DNA of 18,134 nucleotides from an uncultured Planctomycetaceae bacterium (GTDB lineage Bacteria > Planctomycetota > UBA1135 > GCA-002686595): the NCBI GenBank assembly GCA_964402175.1, contig CAYOBN010000009.1, forward strand, positions 74,065 to 92,198, read 5' to 3'. The position numbers and the translations under genes were made by a program. The notes beneath the pieces were generated by a model that saw only the letters and a program-made list of their open reading frames with translations, was not told the DNA's origin and searched no databases. Positions 1 to 7,305 of this stretch are shown here, one piece after another. Numbering within the stretch: the stretch's first letter is position 1; each line of letters starts with the position of its first letter.

Positions 1-1311
1 GCGGGCGCAGTGACCCTCGCGCGCATCGGCGCGAACGCCGTGGATTCGGCGCGCATCGTCGACGGCAGCGTCGGCGCCGCAGACCTCGCCGTCGGTGCGG
101 TCACATCGGCGACGATCCTGAACGGCACCATCACGGGCGCAGACCTCGCCGACGGCTCGGTCGGTGCCGCGGCGCTCGCGCCGGGCGCGGTCGACAGCAG
201 CGCGATCGCCGACGGCTCGCTGCGCGACGTCGACGTCAGCCCCACCGCGGCGATCCAAGGCACCAAGGTGCGCCCCGAGTTCGGCGCACAGACGGTGCGC
301 TCGCTCGCGGGCGCGGTCTACGGCGCGCCCCAGGGGGACCGGGCCGAGCTCGGCGCGGTCGGCGCGCCGGTGCGCGCATTCAGCGGCGGCCTCGCAGGTG
401 AGTTCAACGGGCGTGTCTCGGTCGACGCTGCGACCCCGGCGCTGCCGGCGCTCGACGTCGAGCATTCCGCGGGGGGCAGCGGCGCGCGGGTCGCGCTCGC
501 GGACCCTGCGGGGACCTCGTCGGCACCGGCGCTGCACGTCGTCGCGACCGGCGACGGCGCGGCGCGCGGTGTGCTCGTCGAGTCGCTCGGGCTCGGCAAT
601 ACGGGCGCTGCGTTCCAGGTCGTGCACAGCGGCGCGGGGGTCGGCCTCGACATCGCCTCGGGTGCGTTGCCGCTGCGCCTCGATCGCACCATCAACGCGG
701 GCACACTGATCGAAGCGCGCAACTCGCTCGACATCGAGTTCCGCGTGGACAGCTCGGGCGATGTCTTCTGCGACGGCGCGTTCCTCGGCGGCGGCGCGGA
801 CTACGCCGAGTGGCTGGCGCTCGCCGATCCGAACGAAGAGGTCCAGCCCGGCGATGTCGTCGCGGTGCGCGACGGCGCGATCGGCAAGGCGCTCGCGGGC
901 GCGCAGCGTTGGATGGTCGTCAGCACGAACCCGGTTGTCATCGGCAACCACTCGGGCGCAGAGCACGACGGCCGCCCCGGCCACGCGATCGTCGCGTTCG
1001 TCGGGCGCGCGCCGGTGCGGGTGATCGGCCGCGTGCAAGCAGGCGACCTGCTGGTCGCGTCGGGACGCGGCGACGGCACCGCGGTCGCGGTCGCGCCGAC
1101 CGCGGTGACGGCGGCGCACCTGGCGATCGCCGTGGGTACGGCTTGGTCCAGCGCAGACGGCGACGGGCCGGGGCTCGTCGAGGCCCTCGTCGGGATCGGC
1201 ACCGAGCGCTTCGCCGCCCTCGCCGTCGCGCGGCTCGAGCGCGAGGCGCGCGAGCGCGACGCGCTCGTGCAGCGCCTCGCGGCGCGCATCGAGGCGCTCG
1301 AGCGCCGCTGA
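1..1311 (+). CDS. C-terminal part of a repeat-containing fibre-like protein (5'-truncated by the window). It has ~22-aa repeats of the form xAVxSAxIxDGSVxxADLAxGAV, then a globular domain (DYAEWLAL...PGDVVAV...VVSTNPVVIGN...GDLLVAS) and a terminal coiled coil (LEREARERDALVQRLAARIEALERR). It resembles the C-terminal regions of phage tail-fibre or adhesin-like proteins.
   Basis: Frame 1 is open from nt 1 with no stop until TGA at 1309-1311. The first in-frame start in the track is GTG at 10, but the ORF most likely continues upstream of the window. Codon usage is GC3-rich and consistent with the neighbouring genes. The repeat periodicity and the Arg/Glu/Ala heptad-like tail are visible in the translation. 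The functional call comes from recalled similarity to tail-fibre C-terminal domains, not from a search. Confidence 0.5.
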   Translation, partial: AGAVTLARIGANAVDSARIVDGSVGAADLAVGAVTSATILNGTITGADLADGSVGAAALAPGAVDSSAIADGSLRDVDVSPTAAIQGTKVRPEFGAQTVRSLAGAVYGAPQGDRAELGAVGAPVRAFSGGLAGEFNGRVSVDAATPALPALDVEHSAGGSGARVALADPAGTSSAPALHVVATGDGAARGVLVESLGLGNTGAAFQVVHSGAGVGLDIASGALPLRLDRTINAGTLIEARNSLDIEFRVDSSGDVFCDGAFLGGGADYAEWLALADPNEEVQPGDVVAVRDGAIGKALAGAQRWMVVSTNPVVIGNHSGAEHDGRPGHAIVAFVGRAPVRVIGRVQAGDLLVASGRGDGTAVAVAPTAVTAAHLAIAVGTAWSSADGDGPGLVEALVGIGTERFAALAVARLEREARERDALVQRLAARIEALERR

Positions 1312-1353
1312 GGGCCAGCGCCGACCCGCAGCCGCACGGGTTCGGCGGCTCGG

Positions 1354-2061
1354 ATGAAGGATCCGCGCCGCCGTGGGTACAGTGACGAGGTCGTGTCCCT
1401 GCCGGTTTGCCGCGCAGGGTCCCACCCCGGAACCGGGCCTGCACCGCGGGCCCCGCCGATGCCCTTCACGCCCATCACCGTGCCCCTGGCCGCCCCCGTC
1501 GCGGGCCTCACCGACCTCCTCGGCGACCTGACCGCGAGCCCGCTCTACTTCGGGGCCGCCGCGCTGGGCGGCGCGGTGCTCACCCTGCAGACGGTCCTCC
1601 TCCTGTTCGGCGGCGACAGCGGCGACGGTGAGGTCGGGGCCCAGGATGCGTCGGACGGCTTCGGGTTCCTGTCGATCCGCACCGTGGCTTCGTTCCTGAC
1701 CTTCTTCGGGTTGATGGGGCTCTACGGGCGCGCGTCCGACTGGGGCACGGGGGCGACGCTCGGGGCGGCGACGGGCGCAGGGCTCGCGATGATGACCGTC
1801 GTCGCGTGGCTCTTCTCGCTGCAGCGCAACCTCGCGCAAGAGGGCACCCTCGAGCCCGCGCAGGCCGTCGGCTCGACCGCGCGGGTGTACCTGCGGATCC
1901 CGGGCGAGCGCAGCGGCCAAGGCAAAGTGACCGTCGCGCTGCAGGGCCGCACCGCCGAGTACAACGCGGTCACCGCGGGCCCTGAGCTCGCGACCGGCGC
2001 CGAAGTGCGCATCGTGCGCCAGGTCGATTCCAACACGTTCGAGGTCGAGGCTGTCGCCTGA
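1354..2061 (+). CDS. NfeD-family (short NfeD, YuaF-like) membrane protein. It has N-terminal transmembrane helices and a C-terminal OB-fold beta-barrel segment (GKVTVALQGRTAEYNAVTAGPELATGAEVRIVRQVD). A more likely true start is ATG 1459 (MPFTPITVPLAAPVAG...), which removes an Arg/Pro-rich leader.
   Basis: Hydrophobic segments (LYFGAAALGGAVLTLQTVLLLFGG; FLTFFGLMGLY; LAMMTVVAWLF) are followed by a soluble beta-rich C-terminus. The gene lies immediately upstream of, and co-directional with, a flotillin gene. Short NfeD followed by flotillin is the known yuaF-floT arrangement in Bacillus subtilis and many other bacteria. There is no clear Shine-Dalgarno at either candidate start. Confidence 0.6.
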   Translation: MKDPRRRGYSDEVVSLPVCRAGSHPGTGPAPRAPPMPFTPITVPLAAPVAGLTDLLGDLTASPLYFGAAALGGAVLTLQTVLLLFGGDSGDGEVGAQDASDGFGFLSIRTVASFLTFFGLMGLYGRASDWGTGATLGAATGAGLAMMTVVAWLFSLQRNLAQEGTLEPAQAVGSTARVYLRIPGERSGQGKVTVALQGRTAEYNAVTAGPELATGAEVRIVRQVDSNTFEVEAVA

Positions 2062-2150
2062 CCGCGGACGCACGTCCTCCGAATCCCGAGGCTTGGGCCC
2101 GAGAAGCCTAGCCTCCCGTCCCCGCCCCCCAAACGGGGCTGCGCTCTGCC

Positions 2151-3755
2151 ATGTCGACGAACCTTGCACTCGCACAGCCACTCGGAGCCGACAACCTGCT
2201 CCTGACGATGGTGCTGGCCGGAGTCTTCATCCTGGCCGGTTTCTTCCTGATCATCGCGCGGCGCTACAAACGCTGTCCGTCGAACCGGATCCTCGTGATC
2301 TACGGGCGCACGGGCAAAGGCCAATCGGCCAAGCCCATGCACGGCGGCGGCGCGTTCGTGTGGCCGCTCATCCAGAACTACGACTTCCTCAGCCTGGATC
2401 CGATGCAGATCGAGATCCCGCTCGAGGGCGCGCTCTCGCTGGAGAACATCCGCGTCAACGTACCGAGCGTGTTCACCGTCGCGATCGGCACCGAGCGTGA
2501 GGTCATGAACAACGCCGCGGTGCGCCTGCTCGGGCTGTCGCGCACCGACATCGTGAAACAGGCCGAGGACATCATCTTCGGCCAGCTCCGCCAGGTGATC
2601 GCATCGATGCGCATCGAGGAGATCAACCGTGACCGCGATGTCTTCCTGTCGCGCGTGCAAGGGTCGCTGGAGCCCGAGCTGGCGAAGATCGGCCAAGTAC
2701 TGATCAACGTCAACATCAAGGACATCACGGACTCGTCTGGATACATCGAGGCGATCGGGCGCAAAGCCGCGTCGGAGGCCATCCAGCAGGCCGCGATCGA
2801 CGTCGCCGAACAAGAGCGCTACGGCTCGATCGGTGTCGCCGAAGCAGGTAAGGAGCGCGCCATTCAGGTCGCCGAGCGCGAGAAGCAGCGCGACATCGGC
2901 ACGAAAGACGCGGAGCGCGAGCGCTCCGTCAAGATCGCCGAGCTCGAGAAGGAGCGCACGATCGGCGAGAAGGCCGCGGAGTTCCAGCGCGACGCGCAGG
3001 TGCGCGACGCCCAGCGCGAGATGCGCATCCGCGTCGCCGAAGCCGACGCCGCAGCGGTCGTCGGTGAGAACACTGCCAAAGCCAAGATCGCGCAGACCAA
3101 CGCGGACCTGAAGCTGCAGGAGGCCGACGCGTTCCAGCGCGGCGAGACGCGCCGTCGCGAAGCGGAGGCCGCGGTCCTCGAAGCGCAGTACCTCGCCGAA
3201 GCGCGCGCCGCCGAGGCGCAGGCGAAGTTGATCGAAGCCCGTAAGCGCGCAGAGCTCGAAGCCGCCGCGAAAGCCGAGAAGGCCGAGACGATCGTCGCAG
3301 CGGAGGCCGAAGCCGAACGCACGCGTATCCAGGCCGCGGGTGAAGCCTCCGCGCTCTACGCGCGCCTCGAAGCCGAGGCCAAGGGCCAGTACCAGATCCT
3401 GAAGGCCAAAGCCGAGGGCTTGCGTGAGATCGTGAGCGCGTGCGGCGGCTCACACGAGGCGTTCCAGATGTTGATGCTGGAGCACCTCGACCACCTCGCG
3501 GAGACCTCCGCGAAGGCGATCGCCAACATCAAGTTCGACAAGGTCGTCGTGTGGGACGGCGCGGGCGGCTCCGACAAAGGCGGCTCGAGCACCAGCCGCT
3601 TCTTGCAGTCGCTCGCGGGCGCGCTGCCGCCGACCCTGCAGATGATGCGCGACATCGGCGGCGTCGAGATGCCCGACTTCCTCGGGCGCCTCGTGCCGCC
3701 GGCGGAGGGGCCTCCGACCCCGAAGGGTCCCGAGCCCGAACGCGCTCAGGGATAA
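2151..3755 (+). CDS. floT: Flotillin-family SPFH/band-7 protein (FloT/YqiK-like). It has an N-terminal membrane anchor, an SPFH domain, and a long Ala/Glu-rich coiled-coil region.
   Basis: Translation: single N-terminal TM ([24 protein letters not shown]); SPFH core ([11 protein letters not shown]...[36 protein letters not shown]...); then EA-repeat coiled coil ([29 protein letters not shown]...) and a C-terminal flotillin tail. It sits downstream of the NfeD gene (89-bp gap). Stop TAA at 3753-3755. Confidence 0.85.
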   Translation: MSTNLALAQPLGADNLLLTMVLAGVFILAGFFLIIARRYKRCPSNRILVIYGRTGKGQSAKPMHGGGAFVWPLIQNYDFLSLDPMQIEIPLEGALSLENIRVNVPSVFTVAIGTEREVMNNAAVRLLGLSRTDIVKQAEDIIFGQLRQVIASMRIEEINRDRDVFLSRVQGSLEPELAKIGQVLINVNIKDITDSSGYIEAIGRKAASEAIQQAAIDVAEQERYGSIGVAEAGKERAIQVAEREKQRDIGTKDAERERSVKIAELEKERTIGEKAAEFQRDAQVRDAQREMRIRVAEADAAAVVGENTAKAKIAQTNADLKLQEADAFQRGETRRREAEAAVLEAQYLAEARAAEAQAKLIEARKRAELEAAAKAEKAETIVAAEAEAERTRIQAAGEASALYARLEAEAKGQYQILKAKAEGLREIVSACGGSHEAFQMLMLEHLDHLAETSAKAIANIKFDKVVVWDGAGGSDKGGSSTSRFLQSLAGALPPTLQMMRDIGGVEMPDFLGRLVPPAEGPPTPKGPEPERAQG

Positions 3756-4096
3756 CTGGCGACGACGACGGTCTTGATGCCGCCGCGGACGTAGAAGTCA
3801 CCCTCGACGGTCATGCGCCGCGGCGCCGTCACCGCGACGAGGTCGTCGAGGATCTTGTTGGTGACGGCCTCGTGGAACGCGCCTTGGTCGCGGTAGGACC
3901 ACAGGTAGAGCTTGAGGCTCTTGAGCTCGACACAGCGCTCCGCCGGGGTGTAACGGATCCGGATGGTCGCGAAGTCGGGCTGGCCGGTCTTCGGGCACAC
4001 GCAGGTGAACTCCGGAGCTTCGAAGCGGATCTCGTATTCGCGCTCGGGCTTCGGGTTCGGGAACCAGTCGAGGTCGGTGGAGGGGCGCGTCGTCAT
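3746..4096 (-). CDS. queF: NADPH-dependent 7-cyano-7-deazaguanine (preQ0) reductase, QueF type I (YkvM family), from the queuosine pathway.
   Basis: The translation from ATG at 4094-4096 begins [49 protein letters not shown]...[14 protein letters not shown]. It carries the catalytic Cys in a CPxTGQPDF context and the QueF signature E(S/L)K(S/A)hK(L/Y)(Y/F/W). The N-terminal MTTR matches B. subtilis QueF. The track's longer ORF (to 4222) begins at a GTG with an Arg-rich, non-homologous leader and would overlap the upstream gene, so I prefer 4096. Stop TGA (minus) at 3746-3748. The gene overlaps the flotillin 3' end convergently by 10 nt. Confidence 0.85.
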   Translation of the reverse strand: MTTRPSTDLDWFPNPKPEREYEIRFEAPEFTCVCPKTGQPDFATIRIRYTPAERCVELKSLKLYLWSYRDQGAFHEAVTNKILDDLVAVTAPRRMTVEGDFYVRGGIKTVVVASYP

Positions 4097-4140
4097 GGGA
4101 GCCGAAGAGGGTACCCGATGGCCGCGCCCGGCCCTGCCGG

Positions 4141-6297
4141 TCAGCGCCCGCGGCGCTCGCGCTCGAACCAGCCGGTCGCGCGCTCGACGGTGACCCCTTC
4201 GACGCGGCGCTCGAGGGACCACCTGACGTGGCGCGCCGCGGCACGCGAGCGCACCGTCGCCACCCCCACCACCCGCAGGCGACCGCCGTCCGGCGTCGCG
4301 GGGTGCTCTTCATAGGTGCGCGCCATGGGGTCCCAGAGCGCGAGCACCCAGCGCGACGCGTCGAGGGCCCGCGGATCGGCGGCGTCGGCGACTTCGAAGA
4401 CCCAGTCGTCGTCGATCGCGCGCGGGCGCGTCGCGGTGTCGGGGGAGAGGCCGCCGGGGCCAGGCAGCTCGGCGCCGAGGAGCGCCTCGCGCGGCCCGGC
4501 CAGCTCGCCGGGCAGCCGCAGGTCCCGGACGGTGCCTGCGAGCAGCCACTCGACGTCGCGCTCCAGGTCGAAGTGGGCCCGCCACCCGTCCTCGGTGCGC
4601 AGCCAGCCGCCGGTGACGGTGGGCTCCGTCCCGGCAGCTGAAGCGGGCGAGTAACGCAGGAGCGGCGCGCCGCCCGCCCGCGTGGGCTCCCCCGCGGGGA
4701 CCACGGTCAGGCTGCGTGTCCGCCACGGATCGAGCGGCGGCGCCGACGCCAGGTCGTCGCCCGGGCCGAAGCGCAGCGGCAACGCGGCGGTGTCGGCCGG
4801 GGCGGACAGCGGGCGCTCGCTGTAGGTGTCCGCTGCGGGGTCGCGCACGAGCAGCGTGGCGCCCGCGCGGCGCACGGCGTCGAAGGCCTCGGCGTCGAGG
4901 CTCCAAAGGCGCAGCGCGGCGCGGGGCAACCCGTAGACCTCGAACGGGCGGGCGGCGCCCTTGAGGAAGGGCTGCGCGACGAGGGCGGCTTCGTGCTGCG
5001 GAAGCAGGGCTGCGACGCCGGCGACATGGCGCGGCGGGTCCACGATCACGACCGCGCCTTCGTAGCCGCGTGCCTCTCCCGCGCGCAGCAGCGCGGACTG
5101 CAGCGCGCCGACGTGCTGGGCCGCCTCTTGGATCGTCGCGGCGCTGCCCGCCGCCAGGGGCGCGTAGACGGCGATGGCGATCGCGGGCAGGAGCGTGCGG
5201 CGCGCTCCGTACAGCGCAGTGGATGCCACGCCGAGGCCCGCGGCCATGAGAGCCGCGCCCGCGAGCAGGGTGCGCGCATCGCCGAGCTCCGCGGGGGCCG
5301 AGCGCACGGACCACGTCAGCGCGAGCAGCGCGGCGATGCACGCAGCCCATGCGCCGAGGATGCGCCCCCACAGCCGGGGGGCCGCGCGCGCGGCGACGAA
5401 CGCGGGGTGCAGGGCGGCGAGCACCGCGAGCACGGCCAGGAGGTAGCCGAAAACGCCGACGCCGCTCGTGTTCACGGGCAGCAGGAAGACCCCGAGTTTC
5501 TCAGCGGCGACGCCGAGCAGCGCCAGCGGACTGCGGTCGACGTGGGCGACGTGGGAGGCCTCGCCGCCGACGAGCGCGCGCAGCGCTCGCTCGATCAGGA
5601 GCGCGAGGGTGAAGCCGACGAACGTGTTCGCTGCGGTGCGGCAGCGCCGGCCGAGCTGGCGGTGCCGGTCCGCCGAAGCGAGCTCGAGCACCCCGAGCAC
5701 GACGGGCAGGCCGTAGGCCAGCGGCGAAGAAGCCGCGGACGCCAGCGTCAGCGCCCACGGCGCGGCGAGGCCCGCCCGCGAGCGCTCCTGACGCGCGTGC
5801 AGGTACACCGCGATCGCCCACAGCCCGAACGCCAAGCCGAGCATGTCCCCGCGGTCGCCGAGGTGCGCCGCCGCCGGGATCGCCAGCGGGTGCACCATCA
5901 GCAGCACCGCCGCCGTGTACCCCGCGGACCGCCCGTGTTCGAGCCCCGTCCACGGCGAGAGCCCGCGGCGCACGGCGACCCGCAGCCCGAGCGCCGCGAT
6001 CACGAGCAGCGCGAGTCCTTCGAGCCGCAGCCGCCCCGCGTCTCCGGGTGTGTAGCGCCCCTCGCGCGAGTGCCAGCGCTTCGAGAGACCGAGCGACCAC
6101 GCAGCCAGCGGCCGCCCGTGCAGCGCATCGACGCGCCAATACGCGAGCGCGCCCTCCTCGCGCAGGGTGGAGTCGAGCTCGACGAGGGTGGCGGCATCGT
6201 CCCCGAGGAAGCCGACCCCCAGCAACGGCCGGTGGGCATAGGCTGCGGCGAGGACGGCGAGGGCGACGAGGAGCGCGCGGCGCAGCCAGACGATCAT
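4141..6297 (-). CDS. Polytopic inner-membrane protein (~718 aa). It has ~11-13 predicted TM helices in the N-terminal ~430 aa and a ~290-aa C-terminal soluble (probably periplasmic) domain. A possible Asp-rich first-loop motif ([17 protein letters not shown]) recalls GT-C-fold glycosyltransferases of the ArnT/PMT type, but the assignment is speculative.
   Basis: Minus-strand ORF with proper GC3-rich codon usage. The proposed start is ATG at 6295-6297 ([20 protein letters not shown]...), directly followed by a TM helix. The track's longer ORF extends to 6825 only because no stop intervenes, and that extension is antisense to a convincing + strand gene. Stop TGA (minus) at 4141-4143, 44 bp upstream of queF on the same strand. 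The overlapping + strand ORF 4993..6345 translates to Arg/Glu/Gly low-complexity junk. Confidence 0.6.
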   Translation of the reverse strand: MIVWLRRALLVALAVLAAAYAHRPLLGVGFLGDDAATLVELDSTLREEGALAYWRVDALHGRPLAAWSLGLSKRWHSREGRYTPGDAGRLRLEGLALLVIAALGLRVAVRRGLSPWTGLEHGRSAGYTAAVLLMVHPLAIPAAAHLGDRGDMLGLAFGLWAIAVYLHARQERSRAGLAAPWALTLASAASSPLAYGLPVVLGVLELASADRHRQLGRRCRTAANTFVGFTLALLIERALRALVGGEASHVAHVDRSPLALLGVAAEKLGVFLLPVNTSGVGVFGYLLAVLAVLAALHPAFVAARAAPRLWGRILGAWAACIAALLALTWSVRSAPAELGDARTLLAGAALMAAGLGVASTALYGARRTLLPAIAIAVYAPLAAGSAATIQEAAQHVGALQSALLRAGEARGYEGAVVIVDPPRHVAGVAALLPQHEAALVAQPFLKGAARPFEVYGLPRAALRLWSLDAEAFDAVRRAGATLLVRDPAADTYSERPLSAPADTAALPLRFGPGDDLASAPPLDPWRTRSLTVVPAGEPTRAGGAPLLRYSPASAAGTEPTVTGGWLRTEDGWRAHFDLERDVEWLLAGTVRDLRLPGELAGPREALLGAELPGPGGLSPDTATRPRAIDDDWVFEVADAADPRALDASRWVLALWDPMARTYEEHPATPDGGRLRVVGVATVRSRAAARHVRWSLERRVEGVTVERATGWFERERRGR

Positions 6298-6345
6298 CGG
6301 GGGGAGTGTACTCGGGGCCCGTTCGGCTGCGATATCCTGGGCGAC

Positions 6346-6798
6346 ATGTTGCATCACTTCCGCCCGCTCCTCGATGCCGCGCGGGACCTCGACCTCACGG
6401 ATCCCGCCGCCGCCCGCGCCGAGCTCGAACGCCGCTTCCCGACGACCTCGCCGGCCGCACAGGCTCTGAACGCCGAACTGCGGACCCTGCTCGCTGCCGG
6501 ACAGATCGCCCACAAGGGCGAACCGCCCGTCCGCTGGTCCCGCGCCGCCAAAGCCACCCCGGAGAGCGACAGCTTCTCGATCGACATCGTCGACATGACG
6601 GGCCCCGGCCCTCGCCACCGCCACCCGAACGGCGAAGTCAACTACTGCATCGCCCTCGAAGGCCAGCCCACCTTCGACGACCAGCCGCCCGGCTGGGTGG
6701 TCGAGCCCCCCGGCTCGGAGCACGTTCCCACCGTCGATGGCGGTCGCATGCTGATCGTGTACCTGCTCCCCGCGGGCGCGATCGAGTTCGCGACGTAG
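6346..6798 (+). CDS. Small conserved hypothetical protein (~150 aa), possibly DUF4863-like (family name from memory, low confidence).
   Basis: ATG at 6346 opens MLHHFRPLLDAARDLDLTDPAAARAELERRFPTTSPAAQALNAELRTLLAAGQIAHKGEPPVRWSRAAKATPESDSFSIDIVDMTGPGPRHRHPNGEVNYCIALEGQPTFDDQPPGWVVEPPGSEHVPTVDGGRMLIVYLLPAGAIEF. This is a compositionally normal globular sequence, unlike the 5' extension of the same frame back to 4993. It is divergent from the membrane-protein gene, with ~48 bp between the two start codons. Stop TAG at 6796-6798. Confidence 0.5.
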   Translation: MLHHFRPLLDAARDLDLTDPAAARAELERRFPTTSPAAQALNAELRTLLAAGQIAHKGEPPVRWSRAAKATPESDSFSIDIVDMTGPGPRHRHPNGEVNYCIALEGQPTFDDQPPGWVVEPPGSEHVPTVDGGRMLIVYLLPAGAIEFAT

Positions 6799-6855
6799 CT
6801 GAGGAAACAGGAACGCCTCGAACAACGCACAGAGTACAGATAGCGAGAAGCGCGC

Positions 6856-7166
6856 GAGGTACCTGGTACACTTTGACGAGCGCGCGCCCGCTCCTTTTTG
6901 TCTCGCCTTTGTCTCCTCGCGCGCTCGTCAAAGTGTACCTGGTACCGTTTGATTCGGCGTTTCGGCAATGCCGCAGTGCGACGCCCCGATTCAAACGGTA
7001 CGAGGGACGCGAGGTACCTGGTACACTTTGACGAGCGCGCGCCCGCTCCTTTTTGTCTCGCCTTTGTCTCCTCGCGCGCTCGTCAAAGTGTACCTGGTAC
7101 CGTTTGATTCGGCGTTTCGGCAATGCCGTACTGCGAATCCCCCGATTCGAACGGTACCAGGGACGC
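6856..7166. repeat. Tandem direct repeat of two 155/156-bp units (6856-7010 and 7011-7166). The first 118 nt of each unit are 100% identical; the tails differ by a few substitutions and one indel. Each unit contains a perfect 22-bp inverted repeat with a 31-nt CT-rich loop, and a second imperfect 16-bp hairpin.
   Basis: Read directly from the sequence. The inverted-repeat arms are ggtacactttgacgagcgcgcg at 6865-6886 and its exact reverse complement cgcgcgctcgtcaaagtgtacc at 6918-6939; copy 2 has them at 7020-7041 and 7073-7094. The stem extends to ~29 bp with one mismatch, because the flanking aggtacct / tggtacc motifs are near-palindromic. The loop is cccgctcctttttgtctcgcctttgtctcct. The second hairpin is gtaccgtttgattcgg at 6942-6957 paired with ccgattcaaacggtac at 6985-7000, with one mismatch. 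The region is visibly lower in GC than the flanking genes and lies between the 3' ends of two convergent genes. Confidence 0.85.
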
Positions 7167-7240
7167 TCCGACAAGCGCGCTGAAAGCAAAAGGCGAGACA
7201 GAGACCCAAGGCGCGCGCTCGTCGAAGCGTACCTGGTACC
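7167..7240. repeat. Third, degenerate copy of the palindromic element. It retains the right arm and part of the left arm, and its loop is reverse-complemented relative to copies 1 and 2, so it looks like an inverted or rearranged copy.
   Basis: 7211-7240 gcgcgcgctcgtcgaagcgtacctggtacc matches the right arm gcgcgcgctcgtcaaagtgtacctggtacc with 2 mismatches. 7186-7204 gcaaaaggcgagacagagac resembles the reverse complement of the loop segment gtctcgcctttgtctc. 7171-7180 acaagcgcgc resembles the inner part of the left arm, gacgagcgcgcg. Confidence 0.5.
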
Positions 7241-7252
7241 TACGTACCTGGT

Positions 7253-7297
7253 CCCCACAAACCTGGTCCCCACATACCAGTTCCCCACATACCAGCC
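7253..7297. repeat. Three tandem 15-bp units (ccccacaaacctggt / ccccacataccagtt / ccccacataccagcc), preceded by a tacctggtacc tacgtacctggt motif. The array lies immediately 3' of the stop of the minus-strand deacylase gene.
   Basis: Read directly: units at 7253-7267, 7268-7282 and 7283-7297. The deacylase gene's stop (TGA, minus strand) is at 7306-7308, so the array is non-coding and in its 3' UTR/terminator region. Confidence 0.6.
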
Positions 7298-7305
7298 CCC
7301 TTCCC

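Noticed and set aside
2062-2150. Weak inverted repeat aggcttgggcccgagaagcct between the NfeD and flotillin genes
   Set aside because: It has only a 6-bp stem with a 9-nt loop. It is too weak to call a terminator or operator, and the genes are probably co-transcribed.
3746-4222. Longer 158-aa version of queF starting at GTG 4222
   Set aside because: The extra 42 residues are Arg-rich with no homology. That version would overlap the upstream membrane-protein gene by ~80 nt. The ATG at 4096 gives an N-terminus (MTTR...) matching known QueF.
4993-6345. 5' two-thirds of the 601-aa + strand ORF 4993..6798
   Set aside because: It translates to Arg/Glu/Asp/Gly low-complexity sequence with no hydrophobic core. 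The opposite strand encodes a convincing multi-TM protein with proper codon bias. Only the last 150 codons (6346-6798) look genuine.
6856-7297. Possible CRISPR array
   Set aside because: Only two full units, a 155-bp period, and no short-repeat/unique-spacer alternation. The 15-bp triple repeat has no spacers. This is not CRISPR-like.
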